Of a DNA stretch of 64,000 nucleotides, positions 60,531 through 64,000 are shown piece after piece. The stretch is taken from positions 35,863,227 to 35,927,226 of the forward strand of contig NC_068983.1 in assembly GCF_001194135.2 (NCBI RefSeq), in the 5' to 3' direction. This DNA comes from Octopus bimaculoides. Taxonomy: Eukaryota. Every line of letters begins with the position of its first letter. Position 1 is the stretch's first letter. The notes under the pieces are model-generated. The model had not been told where the DNA came from, searched no databases, and saw only the letters and a program-made list of their open reading frames with translations. The translations under genes were made by a program, and so were the position numbers.

Positions 60531-60934
60531 ATTGGCAGCCTTTTGCTTGTTTTGCATTAAGAAAGACATAGATGTGAGTTTTATAGATTAAGTTGATTAA
60601 CAAAACTCAATTAGTAGAATCTACTCAGCTAAGGCAACAATACAATAAAGTCAATAAGTCAGGTGCAGCAAGTCATTACCTTAAGAATAAAATAGAATGT
60701 TTTGTTGTGTCTGAGGAGAGTTATTCTCTTTTAGTGCCTTATTATTTAACACACTCACCAGTAAAGTTTCCATTCATTTACTAATTTATTTTTCTTAAAA
60801 TTTTCATTGCATCTTGCAACCTTTTCAATCTTGCAAAGCAAATCCAAAAGCAAAATAAAATAGAATTTATCAATCAAGGAATCAGAACATTGTATGGAAA
60901 TATCTTCACTTTGAGACCAAACTTCCTGAACTCA

Positions 60935-61145
60935 GCTCAGGAAGGAAGCTTCTATGTTTTCAGTCGACCTACTAGAATTAGCAAGCAAATCTCCTCAAAT
61001 TACCCTTGCTGTCTTTAAAAAAGAAGGAAGAACAACACATTGGATACTGTAGTTCTAGATTTCACTATCAAGAAAAAAATAATAAAAATGCAGGATAGTT
61101 AGAGTAGTAGTACATTTGATCGGATTTGATTATGGGTTAAACAAC
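60935..61145 (+). mobile_element. Retroposon family F, diverged body and tail
   Basis: GACCTACTAGAATTAGCAAGCAAATCTCC...ACATTGGATACTGTAGTTCTAGA...GGTTAAACAACA; similar to 62165-62415. Confidence 0.6.
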
Positions 61146-61546
61146 ATTCTGAGTTCAAACCAATAAGGAAGTTTTTATGTTGTCATTTGACTTGCACACA
61201 ATGGTACACAGATTTCTCTCAACAGACTCCTTCTTGTCTTTACAACTAGGTGGAATCCAACACCCTTCACGCTATAGACTTTAGTAGGAAGTTGCAGACA
61301 CAGAGAGACAATTAAATGAAACAGTTCAACCTGTTTCATTTAACCTTTTAAATCTTCTCTAGATGACAACTTACCATTGCAGTTCTATCTAATACAAGTC
61401 ACTCAATGATAATGAAACAACAAAAGAGACTCAATATGCTTGCTTGACCTGCAATAAACAGCAGCCAAATCTTCCACAAATCATGCACTACCATTGTCAA
61501 AAAGGGAATGCATTTTAGTTAATGCAGTTAAAGCAACAGAACATCT

Positions 61547-61897
61547 TCATCATCATCATCATCATCATCATTGTTTAACATCCACTTTCCATGCTAGCAT
61601 GGGTTGGACGATTTGACTGGGGACTGGTGAAACCAGATGGCTACACCAGGCTCCAATCTGATTTGGCAGAGTTTCTACAGCTGGATGCCCTTCCTAACGC
61701 CAACCACTCCGAGAGTGTAGCAGGTGCTTTTACGTGCCACCGGCACGAAGGCCAGTCAGGCAGTACTGGTAACGGCCACGCTCGAAATGGTGTATTTTAC
61801 GTGCCACCTGCTCAGGAGCCAGTCCAGCGGCACTGGCAACGATCTCGATTCGAATGTCTTTTCATGTGCCACTGGCACAAGTGCCAGGAAGGTGACA
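61547..61897 (-). mobile_element. Young RTE LINE 3' UTR fragment
   Basis: (CAT)n tail and CpG-rich UTR; homologous to 46288-46620. Confidence 0.95.
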
Positions 61898-62164
61898 CAG
61901 CTTTGAAAAAAATGGGTGATTACACTTGGATTGGCTTTGGTCATAGGTCTGCTCAATCAGGTGTGACTTGGTATTTATTAACATTTTATATTACATATAC
62001 TGATATCTAAGAAGTCTAAACGCTTGACAAAGCTCAACCCTCTTCAAACTGTAGATTTTGACTGAAGCTGCAAGTGGAAGGTTTGGAAAGGAGACAGACT
62101 GGATTGTCACAGCTTGAACACCTCTGATATGTCTACACAATTAGGCTTGACCAAGGGCTATAAA

Positions 62165-62415
62165 GAGCACCAAATTATGAAGTTCAACCCAGACTGATCT
62201 TCGAATCAACAAGAAAGTCTCTGTATAGTTACTCAACCTGCTAAAAATAGCAACCAAACTGTCCTTAAATTATACACTACCCTCATAAAATATATGATAA
62301 CTAAGATTATATAGGATAATGTAGTATTAGACATAGGATTTCTGAAAAGAAATAAGATGGGATGGTCATGGCTAAAACACTTTTGCTTATATATCTGATC
62401 AATCAGAGCTGGCAT
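62165..62415 (+). mobile_element. Retroposon family F, diverged
   Basis: CAACCTGCTAAAAATAGCAACCAAA...GGATAATGTAGT...GGGATGGTCATGGCT. Confidence 0.6.
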
Positions 62416-62971
62416 AAATATAAACAAGTAATATATCATTTCTCATAGACTATTAATATGTCTTAATAATACATTCTCAGATGTAATAACTTTTTCTGAC
62501 ATCTTGTGAATGATGAATGATGTAGTAAAAACATACAGTGAAGGTACCAGTAAAACACTAGGTTTAAACATAGTGTATTATTGGTTTAATCGACTGCCTG
62601 TCTCCACAAAAGAAATTGATCACCAAACATCAATAGGCTCTTAGTCTTATTGTAGAGAAGAAGACACAAGAAAGACTCAAAAACAAAAACTATCAGAAAG
62701 GGAATGAAATAAAGAGAACGGAAATGTCCATCTTTAAATTTATAAAGAGAAATCAAATTCAAAAATAAAAGTTTATTTTGATACAGAGAGAAAAAAAAGA
62801 TGTGAATCTTGATGCAGACATGACAATGTGGTAAGAAGTTTGATTTTCAACCACATGGTTCTGTGTTCAGTTTCACTGGGTGGGACTGTGTGAGCAAGTA
62901 TCTTCTATAACTTGGGACCAACTAAAGCTTTGTACGTGGACTTAGTAGACAGAAACTAAAAATGTCTGTTG

Positions 62972-63018
<47 letters not shown>

Positions 63019-63026
63019 CACACACA

Positions 63027-63437
63027 TATAAAATTATTAACCATTACACTAACAACCACCTTGAGCACCTTTTTGAGCTCCATGTGTCTAACACACGTGG
63101 GCATGCCTACAAAGTCAGAAAATAGCACAGCTCCCATGACTTTCAGAAACATTTTTTCACACTCAGAGTTACTGAAGCATGGAACAAACTACCTGCATCA
63201 GTTGTTAGCTGCTGAGACATTGCATCCTTTAAAACCTCCATGCTTCCTGAAATTCACCAACACTACACCTGATATCCCCCCCCCACGCCATACACATGTA
63301 CACATGTATATCATGACTCATACACTGGTCACTTTCCTGACTTTTGTACATAATTCTATGTACTGTGTATGCACCTTTGATGAGTTGTAGTGCACCTGAG
63401 CACTATACACAATAATTTCGTTATTATGATTATTATA
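63027..63437 (+). mobile_element. CR1-clade LINE 3' fragment (ORF2 C-terminus, 3' UTR, ATT-rich tail)
   Basis: YKIINHYTNNHLEHLFELHVSNTRGHAYKVRK*HSSHDFQKHFFTLRVTEAWNKLPASVVSC*DIASFK: the CR1 hallmarks TRGH..K and FF..RV...WN.LP. Confidence 0.9.
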
Positions 63438-63464
63438 CGAACAGTAGTCGCTCATACACCAAGA

Positions 63465-63697
63465 ATCTTTCAGCAATTTCTTACTGAACAACTTACCCAA
63501 ATGATCGGTTTACAGTGATCAAATGTATGTGTTGTACATTAGCACATTCCGTCCATCAAATCAATATTGCCTGAACAGATGCACTGTGCATCATGTCAGA
63601 TGCTGAAATGATTGCAGAGCAATGTGGGATAAAATACACCATCAGGAATTGAAACCACAATCTCACAATTGTGAGTGCAATACCATAACCACTAGGC
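63465..63697 (-). mobile_element. tRNA-derived SINE family E
   Basis: Minus-strand head GCCTAGTGGTTATGG...GTGGTTTCAATTCC (A/B-box-like); body homologous to 5535-5765. Confidence 0.75.
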
Positions 63698-63729
63698 CTT
63701 GTGCATTCAATATATATGTGGGTGTGTCT

Positions 63730-63870
63730 TCATGTCTGTCCCCCCCCCCCACTGCTTGAGAACTGGTATTGGTTTGTTTACATTCCCAAAACTTAGTGGT
63801 TTGGCAAAAGAGACCACTTGAATAAGTACCAGGCTTAAAAAAATTTAGTACTAGAATCAATTTGTTTGAC
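63730..63870 (+). mobile_element. SINE family A body fragment
   Basis: TGTCCCCCC..CACTGCTTGAGAACTGGT...GGCAAAAGAGACC...AATAAGTACCAGGC. Confidence 0.75.
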
Positions 63871-64000
63871 TACATATGATAAAGGACAATACAAAATATT
63901 AACCCATTAACTGTATTTAATATGCAAAATGCTTTCCTGAGCCATTGTCCAGAAATTGCCATCAACTGATCTAATTGGAGTTATTTCTCTTGTTTTTAGC

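Noticed and set aside
60261-60591. Thr-rich mucin-like ORF (-) and Val-rich TM-like ORF (+)
   Set aside because: Both derive from a triplet low-complexity tract contiguous with pure (TAG)n/(TGG)n; no splice or homology support.

Overview
AT-rich, repeat-saturated animal genomic DNA with seven assembly gaps, most abutting microsatellites. The repeat landscape (several tRNA-derived SINE families, RTE-type LINE tails ending in (TGA)n, TTAA- and TA-flanked MITEs, very dense TA/TG/GA microsatellites) points to an octopus genome. That is an inference from recognition of the repeats, not a database result. No protein-coding gene can be supported with confidence. The only recognisable protein sequences are C-terminal fragments of LINE ORFs (three distinct RTE-type lineages and one CR1-type), and a few weak exon candidates are flagged at low confidence. 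The long ORFs in the supplied track are artefacts of N gaps and microsatellites. Four observations stand out. (1) A 286-bp-arm, about 97% identical inverted repeat (36520-37162) carries a type I hammerhead-ribozyme-like motif in each arm, is followed by AATAAA, and sits between (TA)n tracts. (2) An unrelated Schistosoma-Sm-alpha-like type I hammerhead lies at 26905-26964 (-), also next to a (TA)n tract; together these suggest ribozyme-bearing Penelope-like/retrozyme-like elements lodged in TA microsatellites. (3) A roughly 960-bp non-coding element has short TG...CA direct repeats and a polypurine tract (TRIM-like LTR element, 54728-55690). (4) A 411-bp templated duplication has unusual junctions (18799-19209 / 20425-20838). 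SINE family labels A, B, E and F are my own working names. All coordinates and mismatch counts were read by eye and may be off by a few bases.
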